A stretch of 64,000 nt of DNA. Source: an uncultured Alphaproteobacteria bacterium (GTDB taxonomy: Bacteria > Pseudomonadota > Alphaproteobacteria > Rhizobiales > Xanthobacteraceae). Below, in pieces: positions 28,702-37,481 of this stretch. A program made the position numbers and the translations under genes. The stretch is from assembly GCA_963816775.1 (NCBI GenBank), contig CAWFLX010000060.1, forward strand, positions 2,600 through 66,599, in the 5' to 3' direction. Position 1 is the stretch's first letter; each line of letters starts with the position of its first letter. Under the pieces are notes generated by a model. That model was not told where the DNA came from. It saw nothing but the letters and a program-made list of their open reading frames with translations, and ran no database searches.

Positions 28702-29151
28702 TCAGACCGCCGGCCAGGTGTAGGGAACGTCGGGCGAATCCGGCGGCTTGCGGTCGGATTCAGCGGGGTCGTTGGGAAGATCAGAGCAGTTGGCGACGAT
28801 CGATACACCGGGCGCGACCCCTTGCACCCCGTACCAGAGGTGCGGCGGGATCGTCAGCAGCGCGTAATGTTCCGATCCCTCTCCCAGCAGGAATTCCTCG
28901 AGGGCGCCGTGCGTCGGACTGCCGGCGCGATCGTCGTAGATGACGACGCGAATGAGCCCGGCCGGCACTGCGTAGTTGAGCGTCTTCTCCCGGTGCCGGT
29001 ACCAGCCCTTGATTTTTCCCTGCTGCACGCCGGAAAAATAAATCTCGCCGAATTTCCTGAAATGCGGGTCGTCGTTGCGCAGCATGTGCATCGTGCGCCC
29101 ACGATCGTCGATGAACTGACGCAGGGGATGGAGCACAACGCCTTCAATCAT
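28702..29151 (-). CDS. cupin-type sugar-nucleotide 3,5-epimerase-like protein (RfbC/WxcM-like)
   Basis: 149 aa. Resembles short dTDP-4-dehydrorhamnose 3,5-epimerase family members. 8-nt overlap with the upstream dehydratase gene. Confidence 0.65.
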   Translation of the reverse strand: MIEGVVLHPLRQFIDDRGRTMHMLRNDDPHFRKFGEIYFSGVQQGKIKGWYRHREKTLNYAVPAGLIRVVIYDDRAGSPTHGALEEFLLGEGSEHYALLTIPPHLWYGVQGVAPGVSIVANCSDLPNDPAESDRKPPDSPDVPYTWPAV

Positions 29152-30223
29152 TGCCGGCGTCGATCCAGGCTTGGTTGTATTTTTCGATTTGCGAATCGGT
29201 CAGGGCCGGAACCTTGGCACCATCCTGATAGGCCCGATACCAGTGCACGGTCTCCCGAATCGACTCCGGATAGTTCCAAGTCGGCTTCCAGTTGAGGTAG
29301 TGGTCGGCGCGATCGCAGTTGAGCTGCAGCCAGTGGTCTTCGTGCGGCGCATTGGGATCGCGTTCGACCTTCACCTCGCCGCTGCCCCAGAGCTTGATCA
29401 CGTCGCGGACCACCTCGCCGACGTTCTTGTTGGCGCTGTTGTTGGGGCCGAAATTCCAGCTTTTGCAATAGTCAGCGCCTTGCGGCCCGCCCAGGCGGCG
29501 GCCGAGGTGCAAATAGGCGCCGAGCGGCTCGAGCACATGCTGCCAGGGGCGGGTCGCGTCGGGATGATGGATCTCGATGGCTTCCTTCTGGCGGAGCGCG
29601 CGCACGCAATCCGGGATCAGCCGGTCCTTTGCCCAATCGCCGCCGCCAATGACGTTGCCGGCACGGGTGGATGCGGCGTTGACGCGACCCGCCTTGGACA
29701 GGAACGACGTCCAGTAGGCGGCGAAGACAAGCTCGGCGCAGCCTTTTGACGCGCTGTAGGGGTCGCGCCCTCCAAGCTCATCGGTCTCGCGATATCCCCA
29801 TTCCCAATCGACATTGCGATAGCATTTGTCGGAGGTGATGAAGACCAGCGTACGGATGCTATCGACCCGGCCGACCGCCTCGCATACGTTCACACCGCCC
29901 ATGACGTTGGTGTCAAACGTGGTTCTCGGATCGCGGTAGGATTCCCGCACCAGCGCCTGGGCGGCGAGGTGGAACACGATGTCGGCCTTGGCCTCGGTCA
30001 TCGCGCGGGTGAGGTGCTCGAGATCGCACACGTTGCCCACCACGTGCCGCATCCGGCGCTCAAGCCCGAGAAGCTCGAAGTGGCTCTCGTCGTAGGCGGG
30101 CGGCAGCGCATAGCCGGTGACCTTGGCGCCGAGCTTGAGCAGCCAGGCTGACAGCCACGACCCTTTGAATCCGGTGTGGCCGGTCACGAACACGTTCTTG
30201 CCTTGGTAGAAATTTCCAAACAT
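29144..30223 (-). CDS. rfbG: CDP-glucose 4,6-dehydratase
   Basis: ATG 30223. VFVTGHTGFKGSWL Rossmann motif. Extended SDR with the characteristic C-terminal region (...HWYRAY...). Confidence 0.85.
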   Translation of the reverse strand: MFGNFYQGKNVFVTGHTGFKGSWLSAWLLKLGAKVTGYALPPAYDESHFELLGLERRMRHVVGNVCDLEHLTRAMTEAKADIVFHLAAQALVRESYRDPRTTFDTNVMGGVNVCEAVGRVDSIRTLVFITSDKCYRNVDWEWGYRETDELGGRDPYSASKGCAELVFAAYWTSFLSKAGRVNAASTRAGNVIGGGDWAKDRLIPDCVRALRQKEAIEIHHPDATRPWQHVLEPLGAYLHLGRRLGGPQGADYCKSWNFGPNNSANKNVGEVVRDVIKLWGSGEVKVERDPNAPHEDHWLQLNCDRADHYLNWKPTWNYPESIRETVHWYRAYQDGAKVPALTDSQIEKYNQAWIDAGND

Positions 30224-30365
30224 ATGCCTTCGGACCCCAAACGGCATTCCAATGGGCCATAAACTGCCCGTCCTTGGCGACCGGCTCAAGAGGTACCCGC
30301 TTGCGCAAAACCCAAATACCGCTGCCCGCATTCACGGTATGCGAGACCTGTGGTTGAGTGAGCGA

Positions 30366-31187
30366 ATGACGCGACGTTTCTCCGTGGCCGGATGGCCGAT
30401 GGCCCTGTTATTGAGCATGACCATACACGCCCACTCTGCTGAGCTAGTTCATCTCTACGCGGCGGGCAGCCTGCGCGAGCCACTCGACGAGGCTGCCAAG
30501 ACGTTTGAGAGTGCGACGGGCGTCAAGGTCGAAACCAAATACGGCCCCTCCGGTCTGCTCAAGGACGCAATCGCAAGCGGCGCCGATGCGGATGTTTTTG
30601 CCTCCGCCAACATAGAGCATCCGCGCGCCTTGGCGCAGGCCGGCAAGAGCGGTCCTGTGGTGCTGTTTGCGCGCAATCGCCTGTGCGCGCTAGTCCGCCC
30701 TGGCCTGGCGGTCGATGCGTCAAATCTGCTCGACCGCATGCTGGATCCCGCCATCAAGCTCGGCACCTCGACGCCCAAGTCGGACCCCTCCGGCGACTAC
30801 GCCTGGGAGGTGTTCGGCAAGGCGGACAGGATCAAGCCGGGCGCGGGCGCGGCGCTCGAAGCCAAGGCGTTGCAGCTCATGGGCGGGGCAAGCTCACCGC
30901 CCGCGCCGGCCAATCGGGTGATCTACGGCGCGCTGGTCGCCGACGACAAAGCCGACATATTTCTGGTGTACTGCACGGGCGCGCTCGCTGCGCAACGCGA
31001 AAACCCCGGCCAGCAGATTGTTCAATTGCCCGACGCGCTAGCGGTCGGTGCCGATTACGGTCTCACGGTGATGCTGAAATCTCCACCTGCCGCCTACCGG
31101 TTAGCGATGTTCATCCTCGCAGACGGACAGCGCATGCTCGCAAAGTACGGCTTCGCGGCACCGAACCTTCAATCGCCGGTGCCGTAA
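30366..31187 (+). CDS. ModA-like (molybdate/oxyanion-type) periplasmic binding protein
   Basis: ATG 30366 in ORF 30252..31187. Signal peptide. Sequence of ModA-family type (LYAAGSL..., DVFASAN..., KLGTSTPKSDPSGDYA). Confidence 0.65.
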   Translation: MTRRFSVAGWPMALLLSMTIHAHSAELVHLYAAGSLREPLDEAAKTFESATGVKVETKYGPSGLLKDAIASGADADVFASANIEHPRALAQAGKSGPVVLFARNRLCALVRPGLAVDASNLLDRMLDPAIKLGTSTPKSDPSGDYAWEVFGKADRIKPGAGAALEAKALQLMGGASSPPAPANRVIYGALVADDKADIFLVYCTGALAAQRENPGQQIVQLPDALAVGADYGLTVMLKSPPAAYRLAMFILADGQRMLAKYGFAAPNLQSPVP

Positions 31188-31191
31188 CGCA

Positions 31192-32211
31192 ATGACACTG
31201 AACCGTCGTGTTTTTCTCGCTGCAATGACTGCGCTCGCGGCGCCGCGCCTGGCACGCGCCGCAACGTTGACCGATGCGGCCGGTCGGGTCGTGCCGATCC
31301 CCGAGAAAGTCACGCGCGTATTTCCGGCCGGGCCGCCGGCGGCGATCCTGCTCTACACGCTCGCGCCCGAGCTGCTGCTCGGATGGCCACGCGCAAACAG
31401 CACCGAGGAACGCGAGTTCCTGCTGCCCGAGGTCGGCGCCCGGCCGGAAATCGGCCGGCTCACGGGCCGCGGCAACACCGCCAATCTGGAATCTGTGATC
31501 GCGCTCAAGCCCGATCTCATTCTCGACGTCGGCTACGTTGATCCGACCTATGTTTCGCTTGCCGATCGCGTGGCGCAGCAGACCGGCATTCCCTATGCGC
31601 TGCTCGATGGCCATTTCGACAAGGCGGCGGCGACCTATCGGGCGCTGGGCGAGTTGGTTGGCCGACGCGATGAGGCCGAGAAACTGGCGCGCTACACCGA
31701 TGACACGCTCCATACGATCACCCAGCGCGTCGAAAATATCCCGACCGATCGGCGACCGCGGGTTTACTACGCGCGCGGCCCGCGCGGGCTGGAGACCGCG
31801 CTCGGCGGCTCGATCAACGTCGAGACGATCGAGTTTCTGGGCGCACGCAACGTAGCCGGTGAGCGGCGCGGCGGGCTGGCGCAGGTCTCACTCGAACAGG
31901 TGCTGAGCTGGAACCCGGACGTGATCGTGACCGTCGATCGCGATTTTGCGCAAAGCGTTAAGGTTGATCCGACCTGGGCCTCGGTCGCCGCGGTGAAGCA
32001 GGGGCAGGTCTATCTGGCACCCCGGCTGCCGTTCGGCTGGGTCGACTTCCCACCTTCGGTTAACCGGCTGATCGGTTTATGGTGGCTGGCCAGGATTTTC
32101 TACCCGACGCGAATCCCAGAGAGCATTCGATTCCTGACTCACGAGTTCTACTCCAAATTCTATCACGTGACCCCGACCGACGATCAGATCGCACATATAT
32201 TAGCCGGGTGA
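31192..32211 (+). CDS. FecB/BtuF-type (cluster A) ABC substrate-binding protein
   Basis: Tat-like signal MTLNRRVFLAAMTALAAPRLARA. Periplasmic_binding_2-like sequence. Starts 4 nt after the preceding gene. Confidence 0.8.
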   Translation: MTLNRRVFLAAMTALAAPRLARAATLTDAAGRVVPIPEKVTRVFPAGPPAAILLYTLAPELLLGWPRANSTEEREFLLPEVGARPEIGRLTGRGNTANLESVIALKPDLILDVGYVDPTYVSLADRVAQQTGIPYALLDGHFDKAAATYRALGELVGRRDEAEKLARYTDDTLHTITQRVENIPTDRRPRVYYARGPRGLETALGGSINVETIEFLGARNVAGERRGGLAQVSLEQVLSWNPDVIVTVDRDFAQSVKVDPTWASVAAVKQGQVYLAPRLPFGWVDFPPSVNRLIGLWWLARIFYPTRIPESIRFLTHEFYSKFYHVTPTDDQIAHILAG

Positions 32212-32243
32212 AATTGATGTCGAGGCGCGAGCCGTCATTTAGG

Positions 32244-32319
32244 CTAGTGTCCCGATTCCGAAGTTCGCAATACCTTGCAGCGCCCTCCGATGCGAACTTC
32301 GGAATCAAAGGGACACTAG
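32244..32319. repeat. 76-nt palindromic element bounded by CTAGTGT...ACACTAG (family 4, unit A)
   Basis: 26-nt arms CTAGTGTCCC-GATTCCGAAGTTCGCA / TGCGAACTTCGGAATC-AAA-GGGACACTAG with a 3-nt bulge. Confidence 0.8.
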
Positions 32320-32332
32320 CAAATTTATGATT

Positions 32333-32409
32333 CTAGTGTGGTTTTGGATTTGAAGTTCCTATGCGAGCGCGCGGCCAAGGTAGTAGGAACTTCAAATCCA
32401 CCACACTAG
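32333..32409. repeat. 77-nt palindromic element bounded by CTAGTGT...ACACTAG (family 4, unit B)
   Basis: CTAGTGTGG-TTT-TGGATTTGAAGTTCCTA ... TAGGAACTTCAAATCCACCACACTAG. A diverged copy of unit A. Confidence 0.8.
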
Positions 32410-32422
32410 CATCGCCATCATC

Positions 32423-33436
32423 ATGACCAGATCCGCCCTTCCCGGCTTCACCATCGCGCTCATCGTGCTACTGGCGGGCCTCGCGTTCGCATTCACGCTC
32501 GGGCGTTACCCGATCGGACTTGCGGACGTGATCGACGTGCTCGCCTCGAAGCTCACCGGGCGTGCGCCGAGCGTGCCGGGCGCGGTCGAGAACGTGATTT
32601 TGCAAGTGCGCGGACCGCGCGTCATCGCGGCCGTGCTGGTCGGCGCCGCGCTCGCGGTTGCCGGCACCGCGTTTCAGGGCCTGTTTCGCAACCCGCTGGT
32701 ATCGCCGGACATTCTTGGAGCCTCGTCGGGCGCGGCGCTCGGCGCAGTGCTCGGCATCTATCTCTCGCTCGGCGTCCTGGGTATCGAGAGCCTTGCGTTC
32801 CTGGGCGGGCTTGCCGCGGTCGCGGCCGTCTATTTGATCGGCACGCTCGTTCCGGCACGCGATCCAATCCTGCTCCTGGTGCTGGCGGGTGTCGTGATCG
32901 GGGCGCTGCTGGGGGCCGGTGTCGGGCTCGTGAAATATCTCGCCGATCCCTACAATCAACTCCCCGCTATGACCTTCTGGCTGCTCGGCAGCCTGGCGTC
33001 GACCAACGCGAGCGACCTCCTGCCGCTGCTGACCCCGATCGCGCTCGGGACCGCGGTACTGGTGGCGCTGCGATGGCGCATGAACGTGATGTCGCTGCCC
33101 GAGGAGGAGGCGCGCGCGCTCGGTGTACCGACCGGACCGCTGCGCATCGCGATTGTCGCTGCAGCAACGCTCGTGACCTCGGCGAGCGTCGCCGCCGCCG
33201 GGATCATCGGCTGGGTCGGGCTGATCGTACCGCACATGGCGCGCGCACTCGTGGGACCTGACTTCGCGCGGCTGCTGCCGGCATCCGCCATGCTGGGCGG
33301 CGGCTATCTGCTGTTCATCGACACGATCGCCCGCACCGCTGCCAGCATCGAGATCCCGCTCGGTATTCTCACCGCGTTCATCGGCACGCCGTTTTTCATC
33401 TGGCTGCTGGCGAGCGTGCAGCGGACCTGGTCATGA
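32423..33436 (+). CDS. FecCD/BtuC-family ABC permease (iron chelate / haem / cobalamin type)
   Basis: 337 aa, about 9-10 TM segments. FecCD-family sequence. Confidence 0.9.
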   Translation: MTRSALPGFTIALIVLLAGLAFAFTLGRYPIGLADVIDVLASKLTGRAPSVPGAVENVILQVRGPRVIAAVLVGAALAVAGTAFQGLFRNPLVSPDILGASSGAALGAVLGIYLSLGVLGIESLAFLGGLAAVAAVYLIGTLVPARDPILLLVLAGVVIGALLGAGVGLVKYLADPYNQLPAMTFWLLGSLASTNASDLLPLLTPIALGTAVLVALRWRMNVMSLPEEEARALGVPTGPLRIAIVAAATLVTSASVAAAGIIGWVGLIVPHMARALVGPDFARLLPASAMLGGGYLLFIDTIARTAASIEIPLGILTAFIGTPFFIWLLASVQRTWS

Positions 33437-34200
33437 CGCTCGAAGGCCACGCGCTCGCAATCGGCTATCGCGACCGCCTCGTCGGCAGCGGCCTCGATGT
33501 GGCGCTCGCGGAGGGCGAGGTGCTCGCCTTGCTCGGCCCCAATGGCGGCGGCAAGACGACGTTGCTCAAGACCTTGCTCGGGCTCCTTCCGCCGCGCGCT
33601 GGCGAGGTGCGCTTTTCTGGACGCTCGCTCGCCGCAACCTCGATCCGCGAGCGCGCGCGCCTCCTCGCCTATGTGCCGCAGTCGCATGTGGCCACATTCG
33701 CGTTTCCGGTTGAGACCGTGGTGCTGATGGGGCGTACCGCCCACAGCGGCCTGTTCAACAGGCCGACCGCGCGCGACCGCGCGGTGGCAGCGGCCGCCCT
33801 TACGCGCTTTGGCATCGCGCATCTCGCGGACCGTCCCTACACCATGATCTCGGGCGGCGAGCGCCAGCTCGTTTTGCTGGCGCGCGCGCTCGCCCAGGAG
33901 CCGCGCTTTATCGTGCTCGACGAGCCGACCGCGAGCCTCGACTTCGGTAACCAGGGCAAGGTCATGCGCGAGATCAGGGCGCTGTCGGCGTCCGGCCATG
34001 GCGTGCTGTTCACCACCCATGACCCCAATCAAGCGCTGCGGCTCGCCGACCGTGCGTTCCTGCTGCGCGCCGGCACCCGGGTCACGGACGGGCCGGTCAA
34101 AGCCGTGCTGACGCGTGACAATCTGGAGGCGCTCTACGGCGCGCCGGTCGGCGTTCTAACCGACGCGGCGACCGGTGCGACGGCGTTTATGCCGGGTTGA
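33433..34200 (+). CDS. ABC ATP-binding protein (FecE/HmuV/BtuD type)
   Basis: ATGA overlap with the permease gene. Walker A GPNGGGKTT, signature ISGGERQ, Walker B IVLDEPT. Confidence 0.9.
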   Translation: MTLEGHALAIGYRDRLVGSGLDVALAEGEVLALLGPNGGGKTTLLKTLLGLLPPRAGEVRFSGRSLAATSIRERARLLAYVPQSHVATFAFPVETVVLMGRTAHSGLFNRPTARDRAVAAAALTRFGIAHLADRPYTMISGGERQLVLLARALAQEPRFIVLDEPTASLDFGNQGKVMREIRALSASGHGVLFTTHDPNQALRLADRAFLLRAGTRVTDGPVKAVLTRDNLEALYGAPVGVLTDAATGATAFMPG

Positions 34201-34281
34201 TGGCCGTTGAATCTCGTATGTGCGCGGCAATGGCATCTATGGGCGGAAATGGCATCTATGGGGCGGGCGTGCTCCAGGACA

Positions 34282-34866
34282 TCAGTCCTCGGCCGGACCT
34301 CCCTCCCAACGCCGCACCACCTTGGTCTCGATCCCAAAGAAATCGAGCAGGCGTCCGACCGTGTGGTTGATAATGTCGTCGACGCTCTTCGGCTTGGTGT
34401 AAAACGCCGGCACGATCGGAGCCACCACCGCGCCGATATCGGCAAGTGTCGTCATCGTGCGCAGATGCCCGCCATGCAGCGGCGTCTCGCGCAGCGCCAG
34501 CACCAGCCGGCGCTTTTCCTTCAGCACCACGTCGGCGGCGCGCGAGAGCAGCGAACTCGTCACCCCGGTCGCAATCTCGCTCATGGTGCGGATCGAGCAC
34601 GGCGCAATCACCATGCCCATGGTGGGAAACGAACCGGATGAGATCGCAGCGCCGATGTCGGTCGCCGGATGATTGACGGACGCCAACGCCTTCACGTCCT
34701 TCGGCTTGTAGTCGGTCTCATACGCGAGCGTGACCTCGGCCGACTTGCTCATGACGAGATGCGTCTCGACATCGGTCTCGCGCAGGAGCTCAAGCAGGCG
34801 AACTCCGTAGATCACCCCCGAGGCACCCGATATGCCGACGACCAGCCGGCGCGTCTCAGTGGCCAT
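34282..34866 (-). CDS. ubiX: flavin prenyltransferase UbiX
   Basis: ATG 34866 within ORF 34282..35055. RLVVGISGASGVIYG and PCSIRTMSEIA motifs. Confidence 0.9.
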   Translation of the reverse strand: MATETRRLVVGISGASGVIYGVRLLELLRETDVETHLVMSKSAEVTLAYETDYKPKDVKALASVNHPATDIGAAISSGSFPTMGMVIAPCSIRTMSEIATGVTSSLLSRAADVVLKEKRRLVLALRETPLHGGHLRTMTTLADIGAVVAPIVPAFYTKPKSVDDIINHTVGRLLDFFGIETKVVRRWEGGPAED

Positions 34867-35371
34867 CCGTAACCTCGACCAACGCACGCACGAGCCCGTC
34901 GACGGCCGCGGGCGGGAATGTCTTCCCGGCGACCGCCTCGAAGGTCTTGACGTTGCGGCGCGCCGCCTCTTCGGGCGAAGCGGCCTGCGCGGGCTTGAGC
35001 CGCTCGGCCAGCGCCGCCATGGCGTTGAGCTGCAGCTGCTCGCCCTCGAGCTCAATCGCCTGCACCTTCTTGCGGAAAGCCGCCGCCGCCTCAGCCGGCA
35101 CCAGCGGCGCGTTCTCTTTGAGCAACCGGCGCACGCCGCGGATCGGCACCACGACGGCGCGCTGCCACGCCTGCGAGGTCGTGCTCACGAACTTGACGTC
35201 GTCCGCCGCAACCGACTTGCTCTGAGCCGCCATCCACATCAGGAACAACAGCATGTTGACGTCGATGCCATGATTGTCCTGCAGCCCGATCAGCGCATCG
35301 GATACGCCCTTGCGGCCGTAATAGTTCAGAACGAAATCCCAGATCGGCGTGCTGACGGCAGTCTCGCTCAT
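34856..35371 (-). CDS. TIGR02444-like conserved hypothetical protein
   Basis: ORF 34856..35404, with ATG at 35371. IWDFVLNYYGRKGV...LQDNHGIDVNMLLFLMW resembles that family as I recall it. Overlaps the ubiX start by 11 nt. Confidence 0.55.
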   Translation of the reverse strand: MSETAVSTPIWDFVLNYYGRKGVSDALIGLQDNHGIDVNMLLFLMWMAAQSKSVAADDVKFVSTTSQAWQRAVVVPIRGVRRLLKENAPLVPAEAAAAFRKKVQAIELEGEQLQLNAMAALAERLKPAQAASPEEAARRNVKTFEAVAGKTFPPAAVDGLVRALVEVTDGH

Positions 35372-35534
35372 GACGGTAGTGCGGCTCCCTTTGTCGCGGC
35401 GCAATTAAGCACATAAAAGGCCTGCGGACACGGTCTTTGTAACGCGGAGCGCGGTAGCGCATAATGCGGCTTGCATTTTCCGGCGAAAACCGGTGTCCAC
35501 TGGTCACGGACAGTGCTCGATGTGGAGAAACGTC

Positions 35535-36425
35535 ATGCCGCCAACCATCACCAAGCTGCGCACCGCGTTCGGCGACTATCCGATGACCGCCAAGCTCAAG
35601 AGCGGCGAGCTCAAGGAAGACGGCATCGAGCTCGAGTTCGAGGAGATCAAGCCGGTCAATCGCGTGTTCAAGCCGATGGCACAGGATCAGAAGTTCGACG
35701 TCGCCGAAATGGCGATCGTGACCTACCTGCTGGCGCGCGCCTACAACAAGCCGATCGTGCTGTTGCCGGCGGTGATGTATGGCCGCTTCCAGCACAATAC
35801 GTTCGTCTACAGCGCCGAGCGCGGCAAGCTCAGCCTGCAGGACCTGCCCGGCAAGCGGATCGGCGTGCGCTCCTACACCCAGACCACCGGCGTCTGGATC
35901 CGCGGCATTGTCGAGAACGACTACGGCGTCGACCTCAACAAGGCGCAGTGGACCGTGCAGGAAGGCGCCCACGTCGCCGAATACAAGGACCCGCCTGAGC
36001 TCAACCGCGTTTCAATGGAGCACGATCTGCTCAAGATGCTGCTCGCCCGGGAGATCGATGCGGTGATTTACGGGGCCAACCTGCCGGACGACCCGCGGCT
36101 CAAGACCGTGATCGAGAACCCGAAGGAAGAAGCCGCGAAATGGTTCAAGAAGCACGCGGTGGTGCCGATCAATCACATGCTGGTGGTGAAGAAGTCGCTG
36201 GTCGAGCAGCAGCCCGAGGTGGTCAAAAAGGTCTACGACCTGTTGCGCAAGGGCAAAACCTCGACCCTGCCGACGTCGGATCCGATCGAAACCACACCCT
36301 TCGGCATCGAAGCGACGCGGCCGGCGCTCGAGCTGATCATCCGGTACGCGCACCAGCAGCGGATCATTCCGCGCCGTTATTCGGTCGATGAAATCTACGA
36401 GGACGCGGCGCGGATTATCGGTTAG
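35535..36425 (+). CDS. NMT1/PhtD-like protein (4,5-dihydroxyphthalate decarboxylase-like)
   Basis: ATG 35535 after GGAGAAA. Cytoplasmic binding-protein-like fold with no signal peptide. Family assignment is from memory only. Confidence 0.5.
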   Translation: MPPTITKLRTAFGDYPMTAKLKSGELKEDGIELEFEEIKPVNRVFKPMAQDQKFDVAEMAIVTYLLARAYNKPIVLLPAVMYGRFQHNTFVYSAERGKLSLQDLPGKRIGVRSYTQTTGVWIRGIVENDYGVDLNKAQWTVQEGAHVAEYKDPPELNRVSMEHDLLKMLLAREIDAVIYGANLPDDPRLKTVIENPKEEAAKWFKKHAVVPINHMLVVKKSLVEQQPEVVKKVYDLLRKGKTSTLPTSDPIETTPFGIEATRPALELIIRYAHQQRIIPRRYSVDEIYEDAARIIG

Positions 36426-36444
36426 GCGCGACACATTCCGCGCG

Positions 36445-36534
36445 CGTCATGCCCGGCCTTGTGCCGGGCATCCACGCCTTTCTTCCTGCGACAGCGCCAA
36501 AACGTGGATGGCCGGGACAAGCCCGGCCATGACG
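36445..36534. repeat. inverted pair of family-2 palindromic repeats
   Basis: CGTCATGCCCGGCCTTGTGCCGGGCATCCACG (36445-36476) and CGTGGATGGCCGGGACAAGCCCGGCCATGACG (36503-36534). Confidence 0.8.
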
Positions 36535-36555
36535 CCCCCGTGGTGAGAAAGGGCC

Positions 36556-37437
36556 TTATGCAGCGGCGGCCTGCGCCAGCCGCTGCAGCGTGAAGTCGTA
36601 GCGCACCTCGTAGAACGGCTCGTTCAGAATCTCGCCGTTCGGCGCCTTGCTGCCGGCGGGTTTCTTTTCGAACTCGACGATCAGCGGTTCCTTCACGCCG
36701 TAGACCACGTCGGTCTCGATGTATTGATCGCCGCGTTGGAACAGATGCGTGGTGACGGCATGGAAGCCCGGCGCCTTGATCATGAAATGAATGTGCGCCG
36801 GCCGATATGGGCTGATGTTGTTGCGAGCGAAGACTTCGCCGACCGTGCCGTCGAGCGGGATGGTGTAGCCGATCGGCGCGACCGTGCGGATCAGGTAGCT
36901 GCCGTCCGGCTTGCTGTGATAGATGCCACGCATCCAGGTGTCGGTTATTTCCGGACGCTGCGCCTCGTAGAGGCCCTCGCCGTCGGTCTGCCACACGTCG
37001 AGCATGACGTTGGCGACGGGGCGGCCCTCCATGTCGGCGACCTTGCCGTGCACGAAGCACGCAATCCCGGGTGCGCCTTGGGCCATATCGGCACCGTCGG
37101 CAAACTCCGGTGAATCGTGGATATGAAACGGTCCCGTCACCGTCGTCGGCGTGGCTTTGCTGGAGAAGCGGTGGTTGATCGCGTCGACCAGCATGCTGAC
37201 GCCAAGCACGTCCGACGTCAGGATGAATTCCTGGCGCTTGTCGGTGCTCAGCTGGCCGGTGCGCGTGAGCCAATCGATCGCGGTGAACCATTCGGCCTCG
37301 GTCGGCTCGATCTCGCGCACAAACGAATGCATATGCTTGATCAGCGAGGTCATGATCTGCCGCAGGCGCGGGTCAGGCACGTGACTCCAGCGGTCGAGGA
37401 CAATGTCAGTGAGGTTCTTCTCGGTGACGAAAGGCAT
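36556..37437 (-). CDS. intradiol ring-cleavage dioxygenase, hydroxyquinol 1,2-dioxygenase-like
   Basis: 293 aa. N-terminal helical domain (EAEWFTAIDWLTRTGQ) and catalytic region (GPFH..., RPAHIHF). Confidence 0.8.
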   Translation of the reverse strand: MPFVTEKNLTDIVLDRWSHVPDPRLRQIMTSLIKHMHSFVREIEPTEAEWFTAIDWLTRTGQLSTDKRQEFILTSDVLGVSMLVDAINHRFSSKATPTTVTGPFHIHDSPEFADGADMAQGAPGIACFVHGKVADMEGRPVANVMLDVWQTDGEGLYEAQRPEITDTWMRGIYHSKPDGSYLIRTVAPIGYTIPLDGTVGEVFARNNISPYRPAHIHFMIKAPGFHAVTTHLFQRGDQYIETDVVYGVKEPLIVEFEKKPAGSKAPNGEILNEPFYEVRYDFTLQRLAQAAAA

Positions 37438-37481
37438 GGGTCCTCCAGCGTGAATGGACGCGAGCGCGTCTTCGATCCGAT

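Noticed and set aside
30285-30352. Cobalamin-riboswitch-like fragments upstream of the importer operon (GCAAAACCC, GCTGCCCGCA-TTC-ACGGTA, GAGACCTG resembling the core and B12 box).
   Set aside because: The GGGAA/GGTG elements and the P4-P6 region are missing. The conserved CCCGCAACGGTA core is interrupted by 3 nt. The B12-box-like string follows after only 3 nt, and only ~140 nt of spacer exist. An Infernal RF00174 scan would be decisive; I do not call it.
36422-37291. 289-aa ORF in an alternative frame of the dioxygenase region, and 25950-26840 (-) overlapping oprB.
   Set aside because: These are shadow ORFs with implausible composition. The overlapping frames carry the recognisable dioxygenase and porin sequences.
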